From: Mustelus asterias
Taxonomy: Eukaryota
Length of the DNA stretch: 64,000 nt
NCBI RefSeq assembly: GCF_964213995.1
Contig: NW_027590147.1
Coordinates: forward strand, 124,001 to 188,000
Direction: 5' to 3'
This document shows positions 63,288-64,000 of the stretch, piece after piece. The notes beneath the pieces are model-generated. The model saw nothing but the letters and a program-made list of their open reading frames with translations. It did no database searches and had not been told where the DNA came from. The translations under genes were made by a program, and so were the position numbers. Every line of letters starts with the position of its first letter. The first letter of the stretch is position 1.

Positions 63288-64000
63288 GGTTGGCAGTGCA
63301 AAGGTACATTTCTGAATGGAGGGCTGTGACAAGTGACATTCCTCAGCGATCAGTGCTGGGACTTTTGCTGTTTGTAATATATATAAATGATTTGGAGGAA
63401 AATGTAACTGCTTTGATTGGTAAGTTTGTGGACGACACAAAGGTTGGTGGATTTGCGGATAGCGATGGGGACCGGCAGAGGATACAGCAGGATATAGATC
63501 AGTTGGAGACTTGGGCGGAGAGATGGCAGATGAAGTTTAATCCGGAAAAATGTGAGGTAATGCATTTTGGAAGGTCTAATACAGATGGGAAATATACAGT
63601 AAATGGCAGAACCCTGAAGAGTATTCATAGGCAGAGGGATCTGGGTGTACAGGTACACAGGTCATTGAAAGTGGCAATGCAGGTGGAGAAGATAATCAAG
63701 AAGGCATACGGCATGCTTGCCTTCATCGGCCGGGGCATTGAGTTTAAAAATTGGCAAGTCTTGTTGCAGCTTTATAGAACCTTAGTTAGACCGCACTTGG
63801 AATCTAGTGTTCAATTCTGGTCACCACACTACCAGAAGGATGTGGAGGCTTTGGAGAGGGTACGGAAAATATTTATCAGGATGTTGCCTGGTGTGGAGGG
63901 CATTAGCTATCAGGAGAGGTTGGAGAAACTTGGTTTGTTCTCACTGGAACGACGGAGGTTGAGGAGGGCGACCTGATAGAAGTCTACAAAATTATGAGGG
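63288..64000 (+). mobile_element. CR1 LINE RT fragment (runs off the window)
   Basis: ORF 63290..63976 [30 protein letters not shown]. Confidence 0.92.

Overview
Vertebrate (very probably cartilaginous fish, judging by the HE1-type SINEs and CR1/Penelope/Rex1 repeat content) genomic DNA containing a dense cluster of tandem C2H2 zinc-finger genes: 7 apparently intact, 3 probable pseudogenes and 1 small fragment. Each has a single coding exon and no recognisable KRAB/SCAN/BTB effector domain. Several are divergent pairs around CpG-rich NRF1/YY1/CRE promoters. The cluster is interspersed with CR1 LINEs (some very young), a Crack/L2-like LINE, a Rex1/Babar LINE, tRNA-derived SINEs, Penelope elements with minimal hammerhead ribozymes, an old retroviral/Gypsy pol remnant and one young full-length Gypsy LTR element. 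Highlights: (1) the Gypsy has no tRNA primer-binding site, but has a 15-nt sequence complementary to its own LTR poly(A)-signal region (candidate self-priming). (2) The ZNF paralogues share a leader of dead fingers with an in-frame stop (TGA, TAA or TAG) at the same position before a start codon lying in the finger linker. (3) Penelope hammerheads show covarying stem I, and one TSD-flanked 79-bp insertion is almost only a hammerhead. (4) A tRNA-Lys/SINE composite sits inside a LINE. (5) Two promoters are flanked by inverted repeats. Repeat boundaries are approximate (read by eye).
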